This document shows, piece by piece, positions 35,211-44,897 of a stretch of 64,000 nucleotides of DNA; position 1 is the first letter of the stretch, and the number at the start of each line of letters is the position of its first letter. The notes beneath the pieces are model-generated. The model was not told where the DNA came from. It did not search any database and saw only the letters and a program-made list of their open reading frames with translations. The position numbers and the translations under genes are program-made. The stretch is from Planctomycetaceae bacterium. GTDB taxonomy: Bacteria; Planctomycetota; Planctomycetia; Pirellulales; Pirellulaceae. The DNA is taken from assembly GCA_005778405.1 (NCBI GenBank), contig SXOA01000150.1:1-64000 (forward strand), given 5' to 3'.

Positions 35211-36059
35211 TTATTTCTGCTTTTCATCCGCATAGCTCAGGCGGATGTAGAGAGGCGCAAGGGTCCACAGATCATCGCGACGACCGGCCTGGAACTCGCG
35301 GAGGGCAAGCTGACCAATGGTTACCGCATTGGGAGCGTGAAGCTCGTCGGGAACTACAACCACATCTTGTGGCAACATGTCCTGCCAACGTGCCAGCCCA
35401 CTGCCGGTCACGGTGTCGCCGGCTTGCAGCGATGTTAACCAAGAATCTGCGGGTAGAATTGTTTGTCCGTCATCGAGCCGCTGAATCGGCCCCTCATCGT
35501 TTCGGCCCACCCGAAACCGGCCGACGAACAGTTCTTTCCGCTGGGCATCCAGCACCGCGTGAATGATGCCCGACTCGCCACAAAGTCCGGATTCATAAAC
35601 TTGGGCGGCCATGACATCCAACGTGTTGAGCCCGATCAAATCGCATTTCAGGGCATAGGCCAGCGTTTTGGCCAGCGTGACTCCCACCCGCAACCCGGTG
35701 AAAGATCCCGGCCCTACGGTCGTGGCCACCAGTTTCACCTCGCTTGGCTGCCTTCTGGCCTGCAGCAGGGCCCTCGCAATGGCTGGTGCCAAAGTGTTTG
35801 CCGAACGTTTCGCGGGGTCCAACCTTTCCCAGGCCAGCACATGCGAGCCCTCCAAGAGGGTTACAGAACCCGCTGGCGATGAGCAATCAAAGGCCAGAAT
35901 CAACACTCCTGCTCTCCCTTTTGGAACTGACCAATTCGCTCGAATTGTGCCCTTGAAATGTGTGTTCGGCTTGACCAAACTACAGGCCAATTCTAGATTT
36001 GAATGTTTGGCAGGTACTTTTCCTTGTTGGCGATTCGAACTCTTGCAAATCGCACGCAT
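35211..36059 (-). CDS. tsaB: tRNA threonylcarbamoyladenosine biosynthesis protein TsaB (YeaZ); the real start is probably internal
   Basis: ..VLILAFDCSS..GSVTLLEG..GPGSFTGLRVGVTLAKTLAYAL.. Confidence 0.65.
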   Translation of the reverse strand: MRAICKSSNRQQGKVPAKHSNLELACSLVKPNTHFKGTIRANWSVPKGRAGVLILAFDCSSPAGSVTLLEGSHVLAWERLDPAKRSANTLAPAIARALLQARRQPSEVKLVATTVGPGSFTGLRVGVTLAKTLAYALKCDLIGLNTLDVMAAQVYESGLCGESGIIHAVLDAQRKELFVGRFRVGRNDEGPIQRLDDGQTILPADSWLTSLQAGDTVTGSGLARWQDMLPQDVVVVPDELHAPNAVTIGQLALREFQAGRRDDLWTLAPLYIRLSYADEKQK

Positions 36060-36092
36060 GTCATCTTATCGTAGCCCAGAAGGCGTCCTGGC

Positions 36093-36845
36093 GTGAAGCG
36101 TGCCCTGATTAGCGATATCCACGCCAATCTCGAGGCGCTCCGAGTCGTGTTGGCGGACTTGCAGAAGCAGGGGCTAAAGGAAATCTTCTGCCTCGGCGAC
36201 ATTATCGGCTACGGCCCCAATCCTTGCGAATGCCTCGACGAGGTGATGAACAAGTGCAAGGTGACCATTCAGGGGAACCACGATCAGGCCGCCATCATTG
36301 ATCCCGATGGCTTCAATCCAGTCGCCCTGCAGGCGGTTTATTGGACCCGCGACCAATTGGACCGTGGTCCCGGCGGGCCAGCCAAACGAAATGGACGTTG
36401 GGACTTCGTCGGGGCACTTCCTCGGACGTTCAATGAGGGGGACTATCTCTTCGTCCATGGCTCACCGCGTGAGCCGACGAATGAATACGTCTTTCCCGAG
36501 GATATCTACAATCAGCGCAAGATGGATGCCCTCTTCAGCCGTATTCAAAAATATTGTTTTCAAGGGCACACGCACCTGCCCGGGATTTTTACAGAAGATT
36601 ACCGCTTCATCACGCCAGAAGAGTGCGGATACAAGTATCCCCTGGGCGAGCAAAAGGTAATGATTAACGTCGGCTCGGTCGGCCAGCCGCGGGACGGCGA
36701 TCCCCGAGCTTGCTTTGCCTGGATTGACGAGGGGGTGGTCTATTTCAAGCGGCTTGAGTATCCGGTTGAAGAAACTCGTCAGAAAATACACGCCACGCCG
36801 GAACTGGCGGACATGCTCGGGGACCGGCTGCTGTCGGGAAGGTAG
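36093..36845 (+). CDS. metallophosphoesterase (calcineurin-like, YfcE-type), copy 1 (GTG start)
   Basis: ISDIHAN...CLGDIIGYGP...GNHD...FVHGSP...GHTH motifs. Confidence 0.7.
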   Translation: MKRALISDIHANLEALRVVLADLQKQGLKEIFCLGDIIGYGPNPCECLDEVMNKCKVTIQGNHDQAAIIDPDGFNPVALQAVYWTRDQLDRGPGGPAKRNGRWDFVGALPRTFNEGDYLFVHGSPREPTNEYVFPEDIYNQRKMDALFSRIQKYCFQGHTHLPGIFTEDYRFITPEECGYKYPLGEQKVMINVGSVGQPRDGDPRACFAWIDEGVVYFKRLEYPVEETRQKIHATPELADMLGDRLLSGR

Positions 36846-36869
36846 CGGTTCCGCTTTCGATGGAATTTC

Positions 36870-37619
36870 GTGAAACGCGCCATCCTCAGTGATATCCACG
36901 GCAATTTAGAAGCGCTCGAAGCAGTGCTGGAGGATGTCCGTGCGCTGGGGGTGGACGAAATCTTTTGCTTGGGGGACATCGTCGGTTACGGCCCCAATCC
37001 TCGCGAATGCGTCGACCGGGTGATGCAATTCAACCGTTGCGTGCTCGGCAATCACGATCAAGGAGCACTCTACGACCCAGAAGGATTCAGCAGCGGGGCC
37101 GAAAAGGCGATCTTTTGGACCCGCGACCAGCTCGAAATGCCCAATGGCGATGCGGAAAAAACCCGTAAGCGATGGGAGTTTCTCAGCGAGCTTCCGCGCA
37201 CCTTTAATGTTGGGCCTTTTACTTTCGTGCATGGCTCCGTCCGCAATCCCCTCAACGAATATGTCTTTCCCGAAGACGTTTACAACGCTCGCAAGCTGGA
37301 ACGCATATTTGCCTTGATCGAGCGCTACTGTTTTCAGGGACACACCCATGTTCCCGGTGTTTTCACCGAGGAAGGGAAGTTCTTGAGTCCCGATGAAATC
37401 AACGGGAAATATGTCCTGCCACTGGGAAAGGCCATGATTAACGTCGGTTCCGTGGGCCAGCCCAGAGACATGGACCCCCGCTCGTGCTATGTCGTGCTGA
37501 CGGAACAGTTTGTGGAATTCCGCCGCGTCCCCTATCCGCTAGAGCGGACAATGGAGAAAATCCTATCTATCCCTGAACTTGACCCCTTCCTGGCGGAACG
37601 GCTCAAGGAGGGACGCTAA
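36870..37619 (+). CDS. metallophosphoesterase, copy 2 (tandem paralogue, GTG start)
   Basis: Same motif set. It aligns along its full length with copy 1 at roughly 55-60% identity. Confidence 0.7.
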   Translation: MKRAILSDIHGNLEALEAVLEDVRALGVDEIFCLGDIVGYGPNPRECVDRVMQFNRCVLGNHDQGALYDPEGFSSGAEKAIFWTRDQLEMPNGDAEKTRKRWEFLSELPRTFNVGPFTFVHGSVRNPLNEYVFPEDVYNARKLERIFALIERYCFQGHTHVPGVFTEEGKFLSPDEINGKYVLPLGKAMINVGSVGQPRDMDPRSCYVVLTEQFVEFRRVPYPLERTMEKILSIPELDPFLAERLKEGR

Positions 37620-37720
37620 GGGACGAATAACTTCCCTAGCGAACGAAGGATTCTGATTCTCCGTCATGTCACCGTGAACGGCCGTCCTACCCAGCCGGCT
37701 TCGCAGAAAGCGCCCCACCC

Positions 37721-40129
37721 TTGGATCGTCGTTACATCTATTTCATGTTCGCCGTCGTGCTCATCCTGGGTACGCACATGGGGCTTCGCATGCTTTTCTT
37801 GCCGCCGCAGCCCCCGGCAAAGAAAGTGGATGAAAGGGCCGTCGCCCAAAAAGACGCGGTCAAAGACAAGAAGGAAAAGGCTGCCAAAGCCACGGCCGAC
37901 GGCCCCGTCAAGAGCGAACAGAAATCTGGCGAAGGGGAAAAGCCCGCGGTCGTCGGTGAGCAGCCAGCCGCGGCCAAACCCGTCACTGGACCGCCAAACC
38001 AACGGGTGTTCCTCGGCTCCGTGGACGAAACCAGCGGTTACGCGCTCGGGGTTACTTTGAATACCTTGGGGGCGGCGGTCGAACGGGCCGAACTCGCCAG
38101 CGAGGCCTATCGCGATATCGAAGACGCCAGTGGCTATTTGGCCCATTTGGGATTGGTCGATAGTAAGGATGGCATTCGCATCACCGTGGTGGGCCCCGGA
38201 ACGCCGGCAGCTCTTGCCAAGGATTCTTCCGGCAAAGTTGGCCTGGTCGCCGCCGACATCATCACGTCCATCGCTGGCAACCCCGTGGCGGATGCCAATG
38301 CGGTTGAAACCTACCTCGCAAAAAAGACCAAGCCGGGCGACAGTTTGGAAATCAAGGTTACCCGGTTGATAGGCGGCAAGAACACGCCGCTGACCTTCAC
38401 CGCGGTGCTCACGCAGCGCCCTGTTCAAATCATTCGTCCTGAGTCGCGCGAACACCTGGATAAACTTGGGGTCGAGTACGATCCGCTCTCCTTCCTCCTC
38501 ACGCTCGAATCTTTCGAGAACAAGATGGTTGCCAGTGGAGATACCGAGATCCGCGGCCTGCCGTCGCTGGTCAATCGCAACTGGATCCTCGACAAGCAAT
38601 CCGCGAGCAGTGCGGAATTCAGCCTGACGCTGAGCGATGCCGACCTGAAGCCAATTGGCAAATCGGGCACGATCAAGGTCATCAAGCGCTACACGCTGGC
38701 AAGTTTCGCAAGCTCACCCGGAAAGAATTATCACCTCGACCTGGAAATCGAGATTCAGAACCTGGGCAAGGATAACAAGGAACTGTCCTATCGTTTCAAC
38801 GGCCCCACGGGCCTGCCTCTGGAAGGGTGGTGGTATTCCAACAAGTTGCATCCAGAGTTCTCGTTTACCAAGGGTGCCGGCGCTCGCGACATTGCTTGGA
38901 AAGTCCACGATAGCCGGCATCAGTTGCTAGGATGTCCGAATATTTACAGCGACGCCAAAGCCGCGCTCGATAAGGAAGAACCAACGGAGCAGTCGCTCTT
39001 GGGCGGTGACCTCCAATCGCTCGACTACGTCGGCGGTGACACTCAGTTCTTTGCCGTGATGATCCTGCCGCAGCCTGCAGCAGAATCGTCCCCCAAGTTT
39101 AGCAGGGCCTTTGCCCAGCCCGCTCAGGACATCACTCGTGCCGACCCGAAGCATATCAAAAAAACGCTGAACAATACGTGCGTTCTGGTGTCACCGGCGA
39201 AAGTGCTTGAACCGGGAAAGACGCTGAGCACGAAATTCCAGATTTTCATGGGGCCAAAAAAACAGGAAATTCTCGATGATTACGGCCTGGGCCGATTGAT
39301 CGAGCGCGGCTGGTCCTACGCCGCTCTTCCCGCCTCCTTGTTGCAGATGCTGTTGCGTGGCCTGTACTGGCTAACAGGTAACTACGGCGTATCCATCATC
39401 CTACTGACCGTCCTCGTTCGCTCCTGCATGCTTCCGCTGAGCCTGAAACAGGCCAAGAGCGCAGCCAAGATGCAGGAGCTTGCGCCGGAGATGACGAAGC
39501 TCAAGGAAAAGTACAAGGACGACATGGAGAAGCAGAGCACCGCCCTTCGCGAGCTTTACGCCAAGCACAAATTCAATCCCTTCGGCGGCTGTTTGCCCGT
39601 GTTCTTGCAACTCCCCATTTTCGTGGGTCTGTACCGCTGCCTTTCCGTGGACATCGCCCTGCGAGATGCTGACCTCTTCCCTGGTTTTTTCTGGGCCAGC
39701 AACCTGGCCGGTCCGGACAAGCTGTTTTCCTGGGAGGACTGGATGATTCCGTTCCTGGCCGACGAAACGGCCTGGCTTGGTCCGTACTTCAACGTCCTGC
39801 CGGTGGTCACTTGCGCCTTGTTCCTGGTCCAGCAGAAGCTATTCACGCCTCCGGCGACCGACGAACAAACGGCCATGCAGCAAAAAATGATGAAGTACAT
39901 GACCGTCTTCATGGGGGTCATGTTCTTCAAGGTTCCTGCCGGCCTCTGCCTCTACTTCATCTGTTCCAGCGTGTGGAGCATTGTGGAGCGGAAGTGGATC
40001 ATCAAGCAAAAGCCAGTCGTCGTCGCTGCTGGTGGTAGCAAGCCGGACGGCGACAAGGACTCGCGTCCAGCCAAACCGAGCACCAATGGATCGGGTGGCA
40101 ATGGGACGGCGAAGAAGGCCAAGAAATAG
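37721..40129 (+). CDS. yidC: membrane protein insertase YidC with a large periplasmic domain
   Basis: C-terminal conserved YidC/Oxa1 core (..NYGVSIILLTVLVR..LP.....K....MQ.L.P....L..KYKDD...). Confidence 0.75.
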   Translation: MDRRYIYFMFAVVLILGTHMGLRMLFLPPQPPAKKVDERAVAQKDAVKDKKEKAAKATADGPVKSEQKSGEGEKPAVVGEQPAAAKPVTGPPNQRVFLGSVDETSGYALGVTLNTLGAAVERAELASEAYRDIEDASGYLAHLGLVDSKDGIRITVVGPGTPAALAKDSSGKVGLVAADIITSIAGNPVADANAVETYLAKKTKPGDSLEIKVTRLIGGKNTPLTFTAVLTQRPVQIIRPESREHLDKLGVEYDPLSFLLTLESFENKMVASGDTEIRGLPSLVNRNWILDKQSASSAEFSLTLSDADLKPIGKSGTIKVIKRYTLASFASSPGKNYHLDLEIEIQNLGKDNKELSYRFNGPTGLPLEGWWYSNKLHPEFSFTKGAGARDIAWKVHDSRHQLLGCPNIYSDAKAALDKEEPTEQSLLGGDLQSLDYVGGDTQFFAVMILPQPAAESSPKFSRAFAQPAQDITRADPKHIKKTLNNTCVLVSPAKVLEPGKTLSTKFQIFMGPKKQEILDDYGLGRLIERGWSYAALPASLLQMLLRGLYWLTGNYGVSIILLTVLVRSCMLPLSLKQAKSAAKMQELAPEMTKLKEKYKDDMEKQSTALRELYAKHKFNPFGGCLPVFLQLPIFVGLYRCLSVDIALRDADLFPGFFWASNLAGPDKLFSWEDWMIPFLADETAWLGPYFNVLPVVTCALFLVQQKLFTPPATDEQTAMQQKMMKYMTVFMGVMFFKVPAGLCLYFICSSVWSIVERKWIIKQKPVVVAAGGSKPDGDKDSRPAKPSTNGSGGNGTAKKAKK

Positions 40130-40232
40130 CCCTCGGCTAGCGGAATTCGGCCAATCCGCTTGCTCCCGCCAAGGCATCCATCGATACTGATGGTTTAGTG
40201 ATTTCTGGCGAAAATGCCCGGGAGCATTCTCC

Positions 40233-42773
40233 ATGGCGGTTGGAAACTGGTTTCGTGTCATTCTGGCGGTTCTTTGCGCATCCGCGGCTGGAGTGGCCTG
40301 CGCGGAGGACGTGGATTACCTCCGGGACATCAAGCCGCTTTTGGCCGAGCAGTGCGGCAAGTGCCATGGGCCGAAGAAGCAGGAAATCGGCCTGCGGCTG
40401 GATACTACGGCGAGCGCCCTTCGCGGCGGCGATGGGGGGGCGGCGATTGTGCCGGGCAAGGCAGCTGGGAGCCTGCTGATCACGGCCGTGATCGGCAAGA
40501 GCGAGACGGTTTCCAAGATGCCGCCAGAAGGGGCGGGGCTGACCGAAGCTCAAATCGCCCTGCTTTCCAAGTGGATCGACGCAGGGGCAAAAGCTCCCGC
40601 GGATGAACAGCCGCTGGCCGCCCCGGAGAACAAGCACTGGGCCTTCCAGCCGCCGGTACGTGCGCCCTTGCCGAGCGTGCGCGACGCCGCCTGGCCGCGC
40701 GGGGCCATCGATACTTTCCTGTTAGCCCGATTGGAGAAGGAGGGAGTCGCCCCTTCGACTGCCACGGAAAAGTCCACGCTCCTGCGGCGGGCCTATCTGG
40801 ACCTCGTCGGCCTGTTGCCGACGCCGGCTGAGGTGGCCGCGTTTGAAGCCGACCCTGCGCCGGATGCCTATGAAAAAATCGTCGACCGCCTGCTGGCTTC
40901 CCCCCATTACGGCGAGCGCTGGGGCCGTCACTGGCTGGACATGGCCCGCTATGCCGACAGCAACGGCTACACGCGGGACTTTGGCCGGCAGATTTGGAAG
41001 TACCGGGAATGGGTCATCGATTCCATCAACCACGGCCAGCCCTTTGACCAATTCACCGTCGAGCAAATCGCGGGGGACATGCTCGACAAGCCAACCCCGG
41101 AGCAACTGACGGCGACCGGCTTTCACCGCAATACCCTGATCAACGAAGAGGGAGGAACGGACCAGGAGCAGTTTCGCGTGGAGGCCGTCGCCGACCGCGT
41201 GGCTACCACCGGCTCCGTCTTCCTCGGCCTGACGCTCGGCTGTGCCCGCTGCCACAGCCACAAATACGACCCGATCTCGCAGATCGAGTACTACGAATTC
41301 TTCGCCCTGCTCAACAACTGCGACGAGCCGACGATCGAAGTCCCGTCGAACCTGCAAATCGCCCGCGGCGAACTGGAGAAGCGGACGCAGATGCGGGCCA
41401 AGGTCAAGGAACTGGAAGCGGAACTCGAAAAGCAGCGGATGCAGTTGGACGAGGCCCAGAAAGCCTGGGAAAAGACCGTCACGCCGCAACAGCGGGCGCG
41501 GCTCCCCGGCCCAGTGCAAGTGGCCTATGACATGCTGTTCGAGAAGCGGGACGCCGCCAACAAAAAGCTGATCGAAGACTATTTCCGGGAGACGGATGAA
41601 GCCCGCAAAGCCTTTCCCGTCCTCGAGGATATCTTCAAGCTCAAGCAAGGCGAGCCCAATATTCCCACGACGATGATCCTCCGCGAGCGGGACAAGCCGC
41701 GCGAGACGTTTGTCCACAAGCGGGGGGATTTTCTCGATCACGGGGCCAAGGTCCATGGCGGAGTCCCCGCGGTGCTGCCGGCAATGCAGGTCAAACGTGA
41801 GGCCACAAGCGGAGAGTCGAAAGACAAAGCTCGCGGCAATCGTCTCGACTTTGCCAGGTGGCTCGTGGCCGGCGAGAATCCGCTCACGCCGCGGGTGGTG
41901 ATGAACCGGGACTGGCAGAAGTTTTTTGGCCGCGGACTGGTCGAGACGGAAGATGACTTTGGCACGCAGGGTTCACTGCCGACTCATCCCGAACTTCTCG
42001 ATTATCTGGCCCGGGAATTCGTGGAGGTGGGCTGGGACGTGAAGCGGATGCACCGCTGCGTCCTGACGAGCGCCGCCTATCGGCAGTCGTCGCATTGGCG
42101 CACGGACCTGGCCGAGCGCGATCCGCAAAACAAGCTTCTCGCCCGCCAGAGCCGCCTCCGGCTGGACAGCGAAATCGTGCGGGATGTGGCTCTTTCCGCG
42201 GCTGGACTTTTGACCAATGTCCTTGGCGGTCCCAGCGTCTTCCCGCCCCAGCCAGAAGGCGTGTATGATTTCACGCAAGACCCGAAAAACTGGAAGGCGG
42301 CCACCGGCGCGGACCGCTATCGCCGCGGGATGTACACGCACTTCTGGCGGAGCGCCCCGTATCCGGCCTTGACCGTCTTCGACGCCCCCAATGGCAACGT
42401 CACTTGCACCCGCCGGATCCGCAGCAATACGCCTTTGCAAGCGCTGACGCTGGCGAACGATGAAGCCTTTGTGGAATGCGTGCAAGCGATGGCGCAGCGA
42501 ATCATCACCGAAGCTCCCGCCGATCAGGTCGCTCGCGCCGAGTACACCTTCCGCCTCTGCCTCAGCCGGGCTCCGACTGCTGGCGAACGGGAGCAACTGG
42601 CGCAACTTGCCCGACAAGAGACCGAAACCTTCACCAAAGATCTGGCTGCCGCCAAGGAACTGCTGCCCAAGGGGTTGGAATCGCTGACCAGCACTCAGGC
42701 GTCCGAACTCGCAGCCGCTATCAGCCTCTGCCGAGTGATTTTGAATTTGGATGAGATGATTACGAGGGAGTAG
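40233..42773 (+). CDS. PSCyt (planctomycete cytochrome c) + DUF1549 + DUF1553 protein
   Basis: Signal peptide, heme motif CGKCH, and the characteristic DUF1549/DUF1553 length. It is followed by a DUF1501 gene. Confidence 0.8.
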   Translation: MAVGNWFRVILAVLCASAAGVACAEDVDYLRDIKPLLAEQCGKCHGPKKQEIGLRLDTTASALRGGDGGAAIVPGKAAGSLLITAVIGKSETVSKMPPEGAGLTEAQIALLSKWIDAGAKAPADEQPLAAPENKHWAFQPPVRAPLPSVRDAAWPRGAIDTFLLARLEKEGVAPSTATEKSTLLRRAYLDLVGLLPTPAEVAAFEADPAPDAYEKIVDRLLASPHYGERWGRHWLDMARYADSNGYTRDFGRQIWKYREWVIDSINHGQPFDQFTVEQIAGDMLDKPTPEQLTATGFHRNTLINEEGGTDQEQFRVEAVADRVATTGSVFLGLTLGCARCHSHKYDPISQIEYYEFFALLNNCDEPTIEVPSNLQIARGELEKRTQMRAKVKELEAELEKQRMQLDEAQKAWEKTVTPQQRARLPGPVQVAYDMLFEKRDAANKKLIEDYFRETDEARKAFPVLEDIFKLKQGEPNIPTTMILRERDKPRETFVHKRGDFLDHGAKVHGGVPAVLPAMQVKREATSGESKDKARGNRLDFARWLVAGENPLTPRVVMNRDWQKFFGRGLVETEDDFGTQGSLPTHPELLDYLAREFVEVGWDVKRMHRCVLTSAAYRQSSHWRTDLAERDPQNKLLARQSRLRLDSEIVRDVALSAAGLLTNVLGGPSVFPPQPEGVYDFTQDPKNWKAATGADRYRRGMYTHFWRSAPYPALTVFDAPNGNVTCTRRIRSNTPLQALTLANDEAFVECVQAMAQRIITEAPADQVARAEYTFRLCLSRAPTAGEREQLAQLARQETETFTKDLAAAKELLPKGLESLTSTQASELAAAISLCRVILNLDEMITRE

Positions 42774-42783
42774 GATAAACGAC

Positions 42784-44220
42784 ATGTCTCCGTCACTGGA
42801 TATCACCCGCCGCCACTTCCTGCAGGACTGCCGCATCGGCCTCGGCGGCATGGCTCTGGCTTCCCTTTTGGCCGAAGGAAACGGGCAGGTCTCCGCTGCC
42901 GGGAGTTCTGCGGCCAGTGACCCGCTTGCCGTTCGTCCCACGCATTTTCCCGCCAAGGCCAAAAACGTCATCTTCCTGTTCATGGCCGGCGGTCCCAGCC
43001 AATTCGAGCTGTTCGAACCCAAGGAGAAGCTGCAGGAGCTCGGCGGCCAGCAGATTCCGCAGTCGTTCGTGGCCAACAAACGGTTCGCCTTCATCAAGCA
43101 GGACGCCAAGCTGCTCGGCTGCGTGCGGAAGTTTGCCAAACATGGCGAGAGCGGTCAGGTGATTTCCGAATGTCTTCCGCACCTGCAAACGGTGGCGGAC
43201 GACATCTGCACCCTCCGGGCGATGAAGACGGACGTTTTCAACCACGGCCCGGCAAAATTCTTCATGAACACCGGCTCGCCGCTGTTCGGCCGTCCGAGCA
43301 TGGGAGCCTGGATCACCTACGGCATCGGCAGCGAGTCCAAAAACCTGCCGGGGTTCGTCGTCCTCCAGTCCGGTCCCCGCGGCCCGCGCGGCGGTGCGCC
43401 GAATTGGGGAAGCGGCTTTTTGCCGACGAGCTACCAAGGAGTCCCCTTTCGCTCGACCGGCGCGCCGATTCTCAATCTCGACAATCCCAAGGGAATCGCC
43501 CGCGAAGAGCAGGAGCGTTTCATCGGCGCGGTCAATTCGCTCAACAAGCTGCGTCTCACCGAAACAGGCGACGGCGAAATCGCCACGCGGATCGCCTCCT
43601 ACGAAATGGCCTTCCGGATGCAAGCCAGCGCCCCGGAACTGATGGACCTGGCCGGCGAAAGCCAGGAAACCATGCAGCTTTACGGCGTCGAGAAGGGCAA
43701 ACCCTCATTCGCCATGAATTGCTTGCTCGCCCGCCGGCTCATCGAGCGGGGCACCCGGTTTGTGCAGCTCTACCACACCGACTGGGATCATCACGGCAAC
43801 AAAGGGACCGAGCTCGGCGAATCGCTCGACAAAATCTGCAAGGAAACCGACCAGGGAGCAGCCGCCCTGGTGAAGGACCTCAAACGCCGCGGCCTGCTCA
43901 AGGACACCATCGTCGTTTGGGGTGGCGAATTCGGCCGGACGCCGCAGGGGGAAGTTCGCGACCTCCCTGGCCGCGACCACCACATCGAATCCTTCACCAT
44001 GTGGCTGGCGGGGGGCGGCGTGAAGCCCGGCCTCTCGCTCGGCAAAACCGACGAGATCGGCTACTACGGCGTCGAAGACCAGGTCCACGTCCATGACCTG
44101 CATGCCACCATCCTGCACCTGATGGGGCTCGATCACCTCAAGCTCACCTTCCGCCTCCAGGGCCGCGACTTCCGCTTGACGGATGTGCATGGGAAGGTGG
44201 TGGAGAAGATGCTGGCGTAG
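42784..44220 (+). CDS. DUF1501 (sulfatase-like) protein with a Tat signal
   Basis: RRHFLQDCRIGLGGMALA twin-arginine motif and conserved DUF1501 blocks. Confidence 0.8.
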   Translation: MSPSLDITRRHFLQDCRIGLGGMALASLLAEGNGQVSAAGSSAASDPLAVRPTHFPAKAKNVIFLFMAGGPSQFELFEPKEKLQELGGQQIPQSFVANKRFAFIKQDAKLLGCVRKFAKHGESGQVISECLPHLQTVADDICTLRAMKTDVFNHGPAKFFMNTGSPLFGRPSMGAWITYGIGSESKNLPGFVVLQSGPRGPRGGAPNWGSGFLPTSYQGVPFRSTGAPILNLDNPKGIAREEQERFIGAVNSLNKLRLTETGDGEIATRIASYEMAFRMQASAPELMDLAGESQETMQLYGVEKGKPSFAMNCLLARRLIERGTRFVQLYHTDWDHHGNKGTELGESLDKICKETDQGAAALVKDLKRRGLLKDTIVVWGGEFGRTPQGEVRDLPGRDHHIESFTMWLAGGGVKPGLSLGKTDEIGYYGVEDQVHVHDLHATILHLMGLDHLKLTFRLQGRDFRLTDVHGKVVEKMLA

Positions 44221-44234
44221 ACAGCGAATACGGT

Positions 44235-44876
44235 ATGGCCATCGAGAAAGTTAAGTGCACCGAATGCGGCAACCTGATTCTGCCGCAAACGGCAGCAGAG
44301 AACGATGGACTATGCGCACCGTGTGCAAAGATTCCAGAATCTCTACGGAAAGAAATGCGAGAGTTTGAAGCGCGAATCGCCACTGGTGTCATCTTCACGC
44401 CTTCATCGAGTGAAATTCATTCTGCTAGGCCCTTTCTCGAACTTGCTAACCCCAAAATAGGGTGGAATCTGGAGCCGAACTTCTATGCGGCATCAGGATT
44501 GGGGTTGGTTGCGGATGTGATTGCAAAAGCCAAGTCTGAACGAGAAGGGGACGTCTTTCTCGTTTCCAACTCGAATTCGCGTCTCAACTTGTCGTTCAAC
44601 CAGGTGTATGGTGTTTGTGAGCATCAAGATTCAGAAGGCCATAGTCTTCACGCATATTCTCCGCTAAATCTGAGACAGCAGGTTTCTGGCGAACTTCATA
44701 TCGGACAGCCGTGTCCGTGTTGCGGAGTGGGAATCGGGTGGTATCCTAGCTGCCTACACATGCCTCGCACCTTGGCATTCAATGTCTTCGAGTCCTTTTT
44801 ATCGCATTCCATTTTGGAAGAAGTTGTTTGGATTGACACCGGTGACCCTTCTCACACGGTTCGCGGGCATGGTTAG
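44235..44876 (+). CDS. hypothetical protein with an N-terminal zinc ribbon (CTEC...CAPC), in a locally lower-GC segment
   Basis: 213-aa ORF. GC is visibly lower (~50%) than the flanking genes. Confidence 0.4.
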   Translation: MAIEKVKCTECGNLILPQTAAENDGLCAPCAKIPESLRKEMREFEARIATGVIFTPSSSEIHSARPFLELANPKIGWNLEPNFYAASGLGLVADVIAKAKSEREGDVFLVSNSNSRLNLSFNQVYGVCEHQDSEGHSLHAYSPLNLRQQVSGELHIGQPCPCCGVGIGWYPSCLHMPRTLAFNVFESFLSHSILEEVVWIDTGDPSHTVRGHG

Positions 44877-44897
44877 AAACACGGATAACTCTCAACT

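Noticed and set aside
37664-38599. 311-aa minus-strand ORF
   Set aside because: It is antisense to the YidC periplasmic domain and has no start context.
40722-41756. 344-aa minus-strand ORF
   Set aside because: It is antisense to the PSCyt/DUF1549/DUF1553 gene.
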